DNA of 64,000 nucleotides from an uncultured archaeon (GTDB lineage Archaea > Thermoplasmatota > Thermoplasmata > Thermoplasmatales > Thermoplasmataceae), in the NCBI GenBank assembly GCA_000965745.1, contig CP009479.1, forward strand, positions 288,001 through 352,000. Direction: 5' to 3'. A model generated the notes under the pieces. That model did not search any database and was not told the DNA's origin. It saw nothing but the letters and a program-made list of their open reading frames with translations. The position numbers and the translations under genes were made by a program. Positions 38,643 to 48,149 of this stretch are shown here, piece by piece. The stretch's first letter is position 1, and each line of letters begins with the position of its first letter.

Positions 38643-40394
38643 ATGACTTTATCTGAAGACATCGAGGAATTATATTTATCAGAAATACTCAAAATGACTG
38701 GAAGGGAGGAACGTTTAACTAGAAATCCTTTACTAACTGAATACCAAAAACAGGGTTTTAAAAATGTACTAGCTTCATTGATAGATAAGAATGCTCAAAA
38801 TAGGGATTATCTAGCTAAATGTGATTTATTTAATAGAAGTCTTTTAATTTTAGGGATAAAACCTGTAAGAAACTCTTTTTTTGAAATAGTATTTGAAAAT
38901 ACAGATTTTTCTAACATTGACCAAGTAAAATTAGCAGTAAAAAGGTTCAGAGTCATTGCCATGTTAGAGTATGGTAGTTTTAGATTCGCTTACAAGATTC
39001 TAAAATTTGGTGAAGACAAACTTAGAGATATCACTCTGAAGGAAATATATGAAACATATTTTCCCAAAGGTGAGAAGTTAAAGGAGAGGAACAAGAAATA
39101 TAATGATAAAGTGGAACCAATTGGATTGAGGAACATTCCTCCAAGCACATTATTCGTATTGGGGTACTTGGCAGGTGAGCAGTCGAAGAGAGTCAATGAT
39201 GCAAGAGTCAAGCTCAAAGAAATACTAGAAGATGCTCTCACCAAGCAGAACATGAAGAATTTTGCCGATTTGAAAAAACTTGCAGAGAAGCACAATGAGA
39301 AAAATTTGAACCTTCTGGCAACTAATGCGGAAATTTCTGGTATGGAACGGTTATTGCTCCCTTCTTTCTATGCACCAAACGAAACTTATTCTGATGTGAT
39401 AAGGGGCATTCTAAAGGACTGCATCTCAATAGGTCAAGATGAATTTGATCAAGCGAGGAGGAACGGAAGTTTGAATACCACTACATATCTTGGATTGCAG
39501 GAAATTGATGCTTATCTAGCAACTTCTATGAGAGACCCGCTTCACTTTACCACAAATCATGCGTTCATCAAATCTTTGTTCTCAAATCCTCAATTAAAAG
39601 ATTGGAAAATTCATTATTTCGACCCTACCCAATCATACATGGAGAATAGAATAGAGAAAGGTTTAGTAGAGTCCTTAATGATTAAACGGTCTAAAGTAAC
39701 GATTTACAATGCTCAAGAATCTGATACCTTCGGGAAAGATTCAGAAGCTGCAGTAGCACTAGCTCAAGGTAAAGAAGTGATCGTATATGTTAGCAGGCTA
39801 TTCTCCAAATCACCTGAATTTAAGGAATTATATGAGATAATAGATAAAGCTACTGAATTCGATACACCTGATGAACTTGTAAATATCTTCGTTGAAAGGA
39901 AATTTTTGACCTCGGAAGAGGCTAAACAACTTTTAGTTCCTGGGAAATCTAAGGGAGATGCAATAGAACGGGTGTCTAGTGAGTATTCAAACAAGATCTT
40001 ATCAAAATTTGATGAACTCCAAATTGCAACTGAACTTATGTATTATGGTTATGATCCAGAATGGGAAAAGGGCTATCCTGCAAGTAATGCTTCTAAACAT
40101 ATTTCAAAGTTAGAGAGGAGGGCACTAACATTTAAAGATGTTCACCCATTATCATTTCAGGTATCGGCACTAGATGGTGTCGCTAGGGGCGTTATCGTCA
40201 CACGTTCTGTTGATGATACTGCCCATGTACTCAAAGGACTCCTTGTGGGAAATCTAAGTTATGATATTATAGATAATGATTCAAATGCTATTCTTTTGGA
40301 GCAAAAAACTCGTTCTCCTATGAGGGTGGTCACAAAAGAGCCAACCTTAACAACTTCATTCTGGAGTGAGTTTTCGCGTGAAACCCGAAATTGA
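38643..40394 (+). CDS. Large protein with a central nucleoside 2-deoxyribosyltransferase (NDT)-like Rossmann domain
   Basis: AYLATSM..YFDP..MIKRSKVTIY..DTFGKDSEAAVALAQGKEVIVY. Confidence 0.6.
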   Translation: MTLSEDIEELYLSEILKMTGREERLTRNPLLTEYQKQGFKNVLASLIDKNAQNRDYLAKCDLFNRSLLILGIKPVRNSFFEIVFENTDFSNIDQVKLAVKRFRVIAMLEYGSFRFAYKILKFGEDKLRDITLKEIYETYFPKGEKLKERNKKYNDKVEPIGLRNIPPSTLFVLGYLAGEQSKRVNDARVKLKEILEDALTKQNMKNFADLKKLAEKHNEKNLNLLATNAEISGMERLLLPSFYAPNETYSDVIRGILKDCISIGQDEFDQARRNGSLNTTTYLGLQEIDAYLATSMRDPLHFTTNHAFIKSLFSNPQLKDWKIHYFDPTQSYMENRIEKGLVESLMIKRSKVTIYNAQESDTFGKDSEAAVALAQGKEVIVYVSRLFSKSPEFKELYEIIDKATEFDTPDELVNIFVERKFLTSEEAKQLLVPGKSKGDAIERVSSEYSNKILSKFDELQIATELMYYGYDPEWEKGYPASNASKHISKLERRALTFKDVHPLSFQVSALDGVARGVIVTRSVDDTAHVLKGLLVGNLSYDIIDNDSNAILLEQKTRSPMRVVTKEPTLTTSFWSEFSRETRN

Positions 40395-40611
40395 AGCACA
40401 ACTATATGAATTCACAATCACCTAAATTATAGAAACTCTCAAAGGGTATTTAGGGGTCCAAAACACTGAATGTTATTTACACGCAAAGAGAAGGATACCT
40501 TTCCAAATTATCAAAGTAAATTTTTCAATCATTTCCTCTATCAGTTTGATAACTCATTGCCATGTAATACTCATTGGACAAAACAGTCAGAAATGCTTCC
40601 AGAAGTAAGTC

Positions 40612-40800
40612 GGACTCTTAATCCATAGGTCGGGGGTTCGAACCCCTCCGGACCCGCTAAATACCTGTTTGCTTCTGTGAGCATTTTCATTAGTAGAATT
40701 TTTTAAGACGGCAGAAAGGTATCCATCTTTCAGTTTTGAATGTGGGGGAACTTAGGATTATGCCAGCTTGAAAGTAATTCTTGTATTACGGGTAATACAG
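40612..40800 (+). repeat. tRNA-Lys(CUU) 3'-half + conserved arm, copy 2
   Basis: GGACTCTTAATCCATAGGTCGGGGGTTCGAACCCCTCCGGACCCG plus arm ending in palindrome TGTATTAC-GG-GTAATACA. Confidence 0.92.
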
Positions 40801-40962
40801 ATTGGAAGGCAAATATTTATGAGAACTTCTCACTAATTTATTCAACCATAGAAAATAACGGTTCAAATATCGACTGAGGCCCTACAACCGACGTCTTACA
40901 GTCACTTATTCCACTGACTTGGAAAGACCTAATATTATACACACACATATATGTGTGATATC

Positions 40963-41202
40963 ATGGGAAGCAAAAACATTTCTATCTCCGACGAAGCTTA
41001 TTCCAGACTGAAAAAGTTCAAGGGAAAGAATGAGAGTTTCACAGACGTGATAAACAGGTTGACAAACAAAGCCACTCTGCTGGACCTCAGGGGAACACTA
41101 ACACAAGATGAGGCAGAATCTATGCTGAAAAATATAAACGAAGCGAGGAAGTTGAGCGGGAAAAGATACCAGAACATTAGCGAGATGCTGGAGCATCAAT
41201 GA
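40963..41202 (+). CDS. vapB: VapB-type antitoxin
   Basis: KNISISDEAYSRL..K..NESFTDVI.RL. Confidence 0.85.
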   Translation: MGSKNISISDEAYSRLKKFKGKNESFTDVINRLTNKATLLDLRGTLTQDEAESMLKNINEARKLSGKRYQNISEMLEHQ

Positions 41203-41591
41203 TTGCTGATACCACATTCCTCATAGACATAATGAGGGGAGACCGTTCAGCCATAGAAAAGGGAGAGGAACTGGAAAGAGATGGGGTGCAGGTCAACATA
41301 ACTACAGTTTCCGTATTTGAACTATACGTGGGGCTTAACTCAAGTATCAGGCCAATAGAGGAGAAGAACAAAATCGACAAGGTTCTTGGAAATATTGTCG
41401 TTCACCACTTCGATTTTGATGCTGCAAGAGAGGCCGGAGAAATATTCGCAGACAAAAAACGCAGGGAGCTAACCATTGATCCAGAAGACGCTATGATAGC
41501 AGGGATATGCATCTCCAATGAAGAACCCATTCTGACTAGAAATGTCAACCATTTCTCAAACATTGGCAGACTAACAGTTGAGTCTTATTGA
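41199..41591 (+). CDS. vapC: VapC PIN-domain toxin
   Basis: DTTFLID, VFELY.G, DAMIAG, LTRN..HF; ATGA overlap. Confidence 0.9.
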   Translation: MIADTTFLIDIMRGDRSAIEKGEELERDGVQVNITTVSVFELYVGLNSSIRPIEEKNKIDKVLGNIVVHHFDFDAAREAGEIFADKKRRELTIDPEDAMIAGICISNEEPILTRNVNHFSNIGRLTVESY

Positions 41592-41771
41592 ATTATGGTG
41601 ATATCAGTTTGACTCTGTTTCTTCAAACTTTGGTACCCTACTGCAAGGGGCTTTAATCACATGGACTGAATATCAGACAAAGGGCCTGACGGGAACTGAA
41701 TACAATTACCCCAGTTACGTATATCCTACAAGCAATCAGTACGACAGTTTCCATATAGCATATGAGTTGTC

Positions 41772-42314
41772 ATGACCTCTAATAAACCTAAATTCCTTCA
41801 CCTTCTATTTTTCTTTTTTGCTCTAGCATCAGTTGCCTTTATTCTCTATTATCAGGGTTATGTACTACGCCCCGTTTATTCCTCAGATTACTTCATCTTT
41901 TCGACACCCCGTATACTCAAGCTGTCGTTCCTATTGCCCTCAATACTGACTTTGTCGTTTTATCTTGAAATCTACTTGGGACTGTATGCATCTTTATTGA
42001 TTCTCTTGAAACATCATAGAGTAACATTCTTTTCGTTCTTCGTATCATTAATTTTGATTGATGTGATTACGTACCATCAATTTGAATATTTCTGGGGAAC
42101 TGCCTCGGGATATCAGGGTTTCCCACAAGGAGCGGGGTCTTGGCTAGTCCAGTATTATCATATATCTGGATACTATGCAGCCATTTTCAACGCTTCGTTT
42201 ATGATATCCATAGGAACTGCACTGGCCGGACTTGCTATTGGAATTAAATTGTTAATAGATAAATATAGAAAGGCACACACTGAGAAAGTCCCTGAAAAAT
42301 CTGGAAAAACATAA
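41772..42314 (+). CDS. Multi-pass membrane hypothetical protein
   Basis: About four hydrophobic, aromatic-rich segments. Confidence 0.65.
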   Translation: MTSNKPKFLHLLFFFFALASVAFILYYQGYVLRPVYSSDYFIFSTPRILKLSFLLPSILTLSFYLEIYLGLYASLLILLKHHRVTFFSFFVSLILIDVITYHQFEYFWGTASGYQGFPQGAGSWLVQYYHISGYYAAIFNASFMISIGTALAGLAIGIKLLIDKYRKAHTEKVPEKSGKT

Positions 42315-42457
42315 GAAAACGACAACAATCGGAGAATACGGAGAGTTGAGACACTCTATTCTGTTAAGACAGATTGATTACGGCAAGGACCTTCTGTTGA
42401 AATTTTCGTTTTACTACATGAAAAATGCTTAATACGGCTAACCGTATATACGCCTGT

Positions 42458-42742
42458 ATGGTTAAGAAGAAAATAACCGTATCAATAGACAAACCTGTTG
42501 TTGACAGCGCTAAGTTGGCACTGTTGAAAAAAGGGAAAACAATGAGCGATTACATCGAAAGAACACTGAGATCACTCTCTACTTCAAGTATACTTAATGA
42601 TATTTGTGAAGAGCTCAACTTAAATTGCAGATATGTGACCGGAGAAGAAGTGGAGAGGCAAAGGCCCGATCTTACCGGGAAGGTACTGTCTGAAATGGAG
42701 GTCAGGGAGATGCGGGATGAGCGTAGCTCGCGTTTATCTTGA
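42458..42742 (+). CDS. RHH-type antitoxin
   Basis: KKKITVSID...AK......MSDYIE; overlaps the PIN gene. Confidence 0.75.
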   Translation: MVKKKITVSIDKPVVDSAKLALLKKGKTMSDYIERTLRSLSTSSILNDICEELNLNCRYVTGEEVERQRPDLTGKVLSEMEVREMRDERSSRLS

Positions 42743-43157
42743 TACCAGTATATTGGTTAAGAGATACATAAAAGAGGCTGACAGCGAAATAGCTGATGCT
42801 GTTTTCCATCAGGCACAGCGTGGAGAAGCAGTTATCTGTTCCTCAGAAATCAATCTTGGAGAAGCGGCAGTTGTTTTCGATAAATACTCAAGAAAAGTCG
42901 GGATTGATGCACGAGACCGCTTACAGACCATGTTGAGTGAGTTGAATTCTCTGGAAAGATCTTCTGCTTTTGAAATCTATCCGGTTAGTAGCCATATAAT
43001 CAGGAAATCAATTAGTACTTTACTGGAGCATCATATTTACATTGTGGATGCGGTTCAACTTGAAACGTGTGTTGAGGCAGAAGGAACAGTTTTCTTCACC
43101 GCAGACAGGGAATTAAAAGCAGTGGCTGAAAGAATTGGTTTAAAAACACAATTGTGA
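42717..43157 (+). CDS. vapC: VapC PIN-domain toxin
   Basis: YLDTSILVKRY..E, DAVQL, FFTAD. Confidence 0.88.
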   Translation: MSVARVYLDTSILVKRYIKEADSEIADAVFHQAQRGEAVICSSEINLGEAAVVFDKYSRKVGIDARDRLQTMLSELNSLERSSAFEIYPVSSHIIRKSISTLLEHHIYIVDAVQLETCVEAEGTVFFTADRELKAVAERIGLKTQL

Positions 43158-43268
43158 TCTCCCGGAATAGTACATTGCAAGCGTTTTCAAAAGACCACCA
43201 TTTCTTGGAAATTAGTAAGTTTCACAGAGCACTTGTAATAATGAGGCCACAGACTTAGGTGCTGAGGT

Positions 43269-43455
43269 ACTCTTAATCCATAGGTCGGGGGTTCGAACCC
43301 CCTCGGACCCGCTTAATCCCAGTTTACTTGTGGGAGGACTTTCATTATGGGATTTTTGTGAGCTGGCAGAAAGGTATCCGTCTTTCACTTTGTATTGCGG
43401 GAGAATTTAGGATTAGGCTGGTTTGAATGTAATTTTTGTATTACAGGTAATACAG
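43269..43455 (+). repeat. tRNA-Lys(CUU) 3'-half + conserved arm, copy 3
   Basis: ACTCTTAATCCATAGGTCGGGGGTTCGAACCCCCTCGGACCCG plus arm ending in TGTATTAC-AG-GTAATACA; exact 2655 bp offset from copy 2 throughout. Confidence 0.92.
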
Positions 43456-43538
43456 GCAATATAATTTCGATGTGAAATTTTCGCGGAGTAATGGAAGTAG
43501 TTTGCCCATAATCTTTAATCCTATCAGAATAAACAAAT

Positions 43539-44039
43539 CTAAAGCGATTTCAGCATTGTTATTGCTGACTCACGAAATCCGGCTTTAGAGTAAAGGTTTC
43601 TAGCCACTGTATTAAGCGAATATACGTTTAGGAAAATTCTTGTTGCACCTTTGTTCTTGGCAAATGCCTCAATCTCAACTGTTGAATTCTTTACATAACC
43701 CTTTCCCCTTCGGTCTTCACCAATAAAAATATCCCAAAGGTATGCCTCTGTTGATCTCCTTTTCATTAGTTGCAACCAAAAAGAACCGATGCTATTGCTT
43801 TCCTTTACAGTGTGCATAAAATAGTGTCCTGGGGCCTTTATTCCATTAGTGACAAACTTTGTCAATTGCTGTTCCGCTTCTTGAAATGTAATGTCTGTGT
43901 CCATCATGCCTGCTTCCTGCATATGACCCATGCCTAAATTTACTATACGCTTCCAGTATTGAGGAAATTCATTCTCTCGAATCGGACTAAAATGAGCTAT
44001 GCAGGAATTATATTCGGAATATTCATAAATTTTGTCCAT
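43539..44039 (-). CDS. GNAT N-acetyltransferase
   Basis: AYLWDIFI...RRGKGY, N..ARNLY.KAGF. Confidence 0.82.
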   Translation of the reverse strand: MDKIYEYSEYNSCIAHFSPIRENEFPQYWKRIVNLGMGHMQEAGMMDTDITFQEAEQQLTKFVTNGIKAPGHYFMHTVKESNSIGSFWLQLMKRRSTEAYLWDIFIGEDRRGKGYVKNSTVEIEAFAKNKGATRIFLNVYSLNTVARNLYSKAGFRESAITMLKSL

Positions 44040-44221
44040 TGTTCTGACTATAGTCTGTTAAAACCTGTCCAACCCCAGAGAATAACGGGTTAAATATAGA
44101 CTGTGCATTAATCTACTTGGTAAAAAGCAGCCTAAGAGAGGACCTATGAATAAAAGAGTCACATTTTTCTAGAATTTTATTACCCGAGCAAATTGTTACA
44201 TTTATGATTTTATACAGTGAT

Positions 44222-44536
44222 TTATGAGTTAAGGCTCTCTAACTTTTCCATGAGTTCTTCCAAAACAATGTCTTTCTTCTCTTTGCTCAAATGAAAAACC
44301 GTCTTGATTATAGTGTCACTCGTTATTGTGAAGATATAGTTCAGTTTGATTACACTATCTTGGGCAGCCCCTTCTCCCTTTGTGATTAGAACTCCTTTCA
44401 TTCGTAAATTTGTAGATATGCCCGCTATCACTATATTACCAAGTTCTTCAAACAACACCAGGGCTGGTCGAATTTTTGAGCCTTCGTTATCTGCGAAACG
44501 AACCCTGGTGATGATTACGTCTCCAGCTTTAGGCAT
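44222..44536 (-). CDS. PemK/MazF family toxin
   Basis: GDVII..V.F.D..GSKIRPALV, DSVIK. Confidence 0.8.
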   Translation of the reverse strand: MPKAGDVIITRVRFADNEGSKIRPALVLFEELGNIVIAGISTNLRMKGVLITKGEGAAQDSVIKLNYIFTITSDTIIKTVFHLSKEKKDIVLEELMEKLESLNS

Positions 44537-44750
44537 TTTCCCAACCGCTGTAGTCTCCCTCGCTCCAGAGCTCTTTCATTTTAGTCTCCTGGGCCTTCTG
44601 TACAAAAATACCCAACTCTTGAGTTTCCTTTGCTTCAGTAATCAGCCTCAGTATAATCTCATTGTATGTTTCTCTAGGGTATCTTTTAACATTTTTGAGT
44701 GCCTGCACAACAGACTTCTTAAGCTGTATGGTTGTTATCTCTTCCTTCAC
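44529..44750 (-). CDS. Antitoxin (RHH-like)
   Basis: TTIQL...V...L...K...ETYNEII.RL; overlaps the toxin start. Confidence 0.75.
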   Translation of the reverse strand: MKEEITTIQLKKSVVQALKNVKRYPRETYNEIILRLITEAKETQELGIFVQKAQETKMKELWSEGDYSGWENA

Positions 44751-45038
44751 TATATATCACCTATATGCAAACTATAGTATCTTATGTATTAGTAGTTTTT
44801 GTTTCTAATTCAACCGAGAACTAGCCCGATGTGATGAGTCAATAGCCTGGGTCGGAATGCATCTTTAAAAGAGTTTATCAACCTTTGGAGCCGCGGCACA
44901 AACCATTTATTCTTCCTGTAAACACAACTTTTATAAATTTACGTCAGTGGGTACGGTATTACTATGAGCTATAGGGCGCATATGTCAGATGGGGAAGCCA
45001 GTTTAAGGAGAGAATGGCACTAAAGGGCATATCTGAAA

Positions 45039-45233
45039 ATGGAAAACCAGAAAACCATTCGCAGACAGTACCTCGGGAGAAAATTGGTGGTTCCAAAAGA
45101 AGTCATGCCCCCGGCTTGGATGAGCAAACTTCTAGGCAAGACCATTCTGGAGGAAGTGAAGGAGAATGATCGGGTCCTTGACATGGGTACTGGAAGTGGC
45201 ATCAATGCCATACTGGCTGGCTTCAATAATTAA
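45039..45233 (+). pseudogene. Truncated HemK-like methyltransferase N-terminus
   Basis: RVLDMGTGSGINAILA followed by an immediate stop. Confidence 0.6.
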
Positions 45234-45405
45234 GTTTGCTGTTACTAAGCCTGCCAACGGACTCCTTGAGGTATTGCATGTTGCATGCATTGAATTTCCT
45301 GCAGTGCTCTTCACATTTCTGCGCTATTGCAAGGGTTTCGTATACTGCCCCACATTCCTCGCACTTGAATAGAGATTGAACCATATTTTCCAAATGATAG
45401 ATCAA
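45223..45405 (-). CDS. Small Zn-finger protein
   Basis: FKCEECG..Y.....A..CE.HC. Confidence 0.6.
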   Translation of the reverse strand: MIYHLENMVQSLFKCEECGAVYETLAIAQKCEEHCRKFNACNMQYLKESVGRLSNSKLNY

Positions 45406-45638
45406 TAGATATTTTTAACCATGCACGATAGAAATCAATCTGATCGCAGACAGATCGGCAGAGTGGAAAAAAGCTTCAAGGTGGGTTGGCCCGAGCAGGC
45501 GCAGGGTAAGGGCATCTTGTCTCAACAGGGTTTTTGGCAGAGGGCAATTTTTTTGCTTTGCATAGATGGTGTTCCATCAATTCAACTTACATATGATAGA
45601 GGAAGTGATGTTAACAGGTGTAATTTGGATTGCACTTT

Positions 45639-46394
45639 TCATTTCTCTGATGCAGTTTTCAAATAAGCCTTGAGGATCGAAAGTGTGGCAACGCAACCCC
45701 CGAAGAGGGAGAGAGTTTCGGATGAATCCGGGAATATGTCAAGTCGATTTGAAAGATAGTCCATTGCCTTCCTGTTAGCCTCAATCACTGCATCCTTTGC
45801 GCCGCTCATGTCATTTTTCAAAGCGCCATTTTCTGCGAGTTTTTCTATCCTTTCTTCTATCGATTTTCCTTCGACCTGATTCAATGCGTAATCAATAATC
45901 TTCCCAAGTACCAGGGCGCCTCCCAGGAACTGTCCGTTTTCAATTGCTTCTTTTGCCACCTCAATGTTCCTTCCATAACTGCTGTCGAGACCCTCACAGA
46001 TCTCTCTTGCTTCAGAGGCGAATTTGGCCAGACTGTTGTTCTCCTCTGTGGATAAGTTTGAGTTTGGTGCCCCCAGATAACCTAGGATCTTGTCACAGTC
46101 GACCATTATTTCCCTGAGGTAGCCCCTCACGGGGAGAGATTGGGGAACCTGATCAATCAGCAGATGCTCATCTGAAAGCTGCCCAATAGCAGAGTTGAAG
46201 TGGGCCAGCAGGGTTTTTGCCTGGGACAGGTAGTCCCTGAGGACCTCCAGATACCGGCTCCTGAGAGCCAGACTGCCACCCGAATTCTTGATCAGCCCAT
46301 GATCAACCCACGATATCCCGTCTCTTATGCTGGCAGCGTGCTCTTTGATGCTGCTGAACTCGTTGATTAGAGACCTTGTTTTTGCTTTATCCAC
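45639..46394 (-). CDS. Hypothetical protein with C-terminal DUF4145/HEPN-like domain
   Basis: A..AIENG.FLGGALVLGKIID..L...SIEERIEKL..NG pattern. Confidence 0.55.
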   Translation of the reverse strand: MDKAKTRSLINEFSSIKEHAASIRDGISWVDHGLIKNSGGSLALRSRYLEVLRDYLSQAKTLLAHFNSAIGQLSDEHLLIDQVPQSLPVRGYLREIMVDCDKILGYLGAPNSNLSTEENNSLAKFASEAREICEGLDSSYGRNIEVAKEAIENGQFLGGALVLGKIIDYALNQVEGKSIEERIEKLAENGALKNDMSGAKDAVIEANRKAMDYLSNRLDIFPDSSETLSLFGGCVATLSILKAYLKTASEK

Positions 46395-46764
46395 AGATCA
46401 ACCTGTTGGTATCAGCCAAATGGTATATCAAGAGTGGCACGTTGTTTTGATATTTCGCGAGTTCCTTCCCAACCGGTGCTTCGTGAATTTTATAATGCAA
46501 AGTGGTTTAGGTTGCAGCAAGGCAACACCCCATTATTGCACAGAAAGAGCGTTTCAATTGGCCGGCAGATCTGAATTCCGTCCATACGCCTGTGCATGGC
46601 GAGTATTCCTACAGAGAGCAATATGTGTGTAATTACGACTCCCTAATATATACAGCCACTCAATAAAAGTGATCCAATAAAGATAATCTGGGGAGGCAGG
46701 GGGTGAGGAGGTAAGGGATTAATTCTTGTGCGCGCATTTTTTCCATTTTTTGTAAGTTCCGTGG

Positions 46765-47356
46765 TTATTTCACTATCTTCATTTGCTTATTCTCTAAGAC
46801 CTCATCCGATTTTCTCACTTTTCCAAGAGCGTAAAACAGCCCCAAGAACACAATAGTCCATACCGAAAAGTCAATTAAGAATAACCTGAGAGACAGGATC
46901 AACACTGCGGAAAAAGTGTCTCCATACTCTAGAAAGTGAAACGGAAATCCTAATGAGTAAAATGCATTCAAGTTGATATAGCCTGGATAGCGTATAGGAG
47001 CTTCTGGGCTCAAAAGGGTAACAATTGCACCAAAAATTATTCCCTTAACTAACTATCACTTTTACATTTTTTATGTCCCGATTCTCAATGACAGTTAAGC
47101 AGCCTATCAGATATATGGTGGACCAGAAAAATATAGATAGGAACAGGCTTAATATTTTGACGTACGGGTTGAGGACCTGATAAGGGGGAAGGTCGAAGAA
47201 ATATGTAAGGTAAATCTTCGGGTATCCCGAGGTAAGATTGACTGGAGAATGTATTATTAAAGTGCTAATGACATACGAACTAATAGAAGCGAAGAACAGG
47301 AAAGAAAAAACTTCAAATTTTGAGGAGAATAGGCTATTTAAGCACATGTCGATCAT
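46765..47356 (-). pseudogene. Membrane protein split into two ORFs
   Basis: Two adjacent hydrophobic ORFs (47045-47356, 46765-47013) on the same strand. Confidence 0.45.
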
Positions 47357-47405
47357 CTAGCTGTTCTGAAACGTTATAGTGAAACTCTGATCGTCAGTTA
47401 ACACT

Positions 47406-47720
47406 CTAACTCCCCAAGATTTTGGGGAATAACTTCATCCCAATGACTTCTTCGATATCAGCGGCTTTCTTTGTCACCTCTGAGAGAATTCTCCTGGCTC
47501 CCATTGTTATCATATAGACCTTTGAAAGCTCCATCAGGACCCCGTTCACTGAATACTTTCCATTCATGGCTCTGTCCTTCAGGATGTTCAGGATCCTGTA
47601 CCTGATATACAGGGCAACCAGGATGGTGGGGAAATACCCCCGCACCGCATCGTCGTCCTGCAGGTATGTCTTGTCCTCCTCAAGGTCGTTCTTCATGATG
47701 TCGAATGCCTCCTCCACTTC
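47406..47720 (-). pseudogene. IS1634-like transposase 3' fragment
   Basis: VEEAFDIMKNDLE.D..YL, GKYSV..L..LS; similar to the C-terminus of 23412-24788. Confidence 0.8.
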
Positions 47721-47741
47721 CTCAAGGATCTCAGGAGGAAG

Positions 47742-48149
47742 GTGCGAGATTCAGGAAGGAAGGATGAACTCGCTTCAGCACTGGATCTCATGAACTTCGC
47801 GTTCTTACAGACACCAGAGAATCTGGAAAAGCTGGGAAAGAATTCCAAGCCTGTAAAGAGGAAGGTCTCCGGAAAATCCGAGAAGGAGGCTACATTCATC
47901 CTCCTTGACCTTGTAAGGGGTCTCTATTCCGGCGATCCTCTCATAGGCAAATTCCTGAGGCAGGTGAGGAAGAACAGGGGGAGGTATTCCGGTACCTTGA
48001 AGATCCAATGGTCAACAGGACAAACAATGTTGCAGAGCACCATTTCTCTGTGAGATCTGAACTCCTGAAGATGAGGTTCAAGACCGATGATGGCCTGCTC
48101 ATGACATCATACTGGTACCACAGACTATCAACGGGGATTTGACAATCTC
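47742..48149 (+). pseudogene. Degraded 3' fragment of the 31654-32921 IS family
   Basis: FLQTPENLEKLGKN, LYSGD, RFKT..GLL..SYWYHR; ends in the IR-like TTTGACAATCTC. Confidence 0.75.

Noticed and set aside
23389-43455. Repeats as a CRISPR array or as functional or split tRNA genes
   Set aside because: Spacing is kilobases, not spacer-sized. No 5' half or complementary leader for trans-splicing is visible, and copy 1 has a T-stem mismatch.
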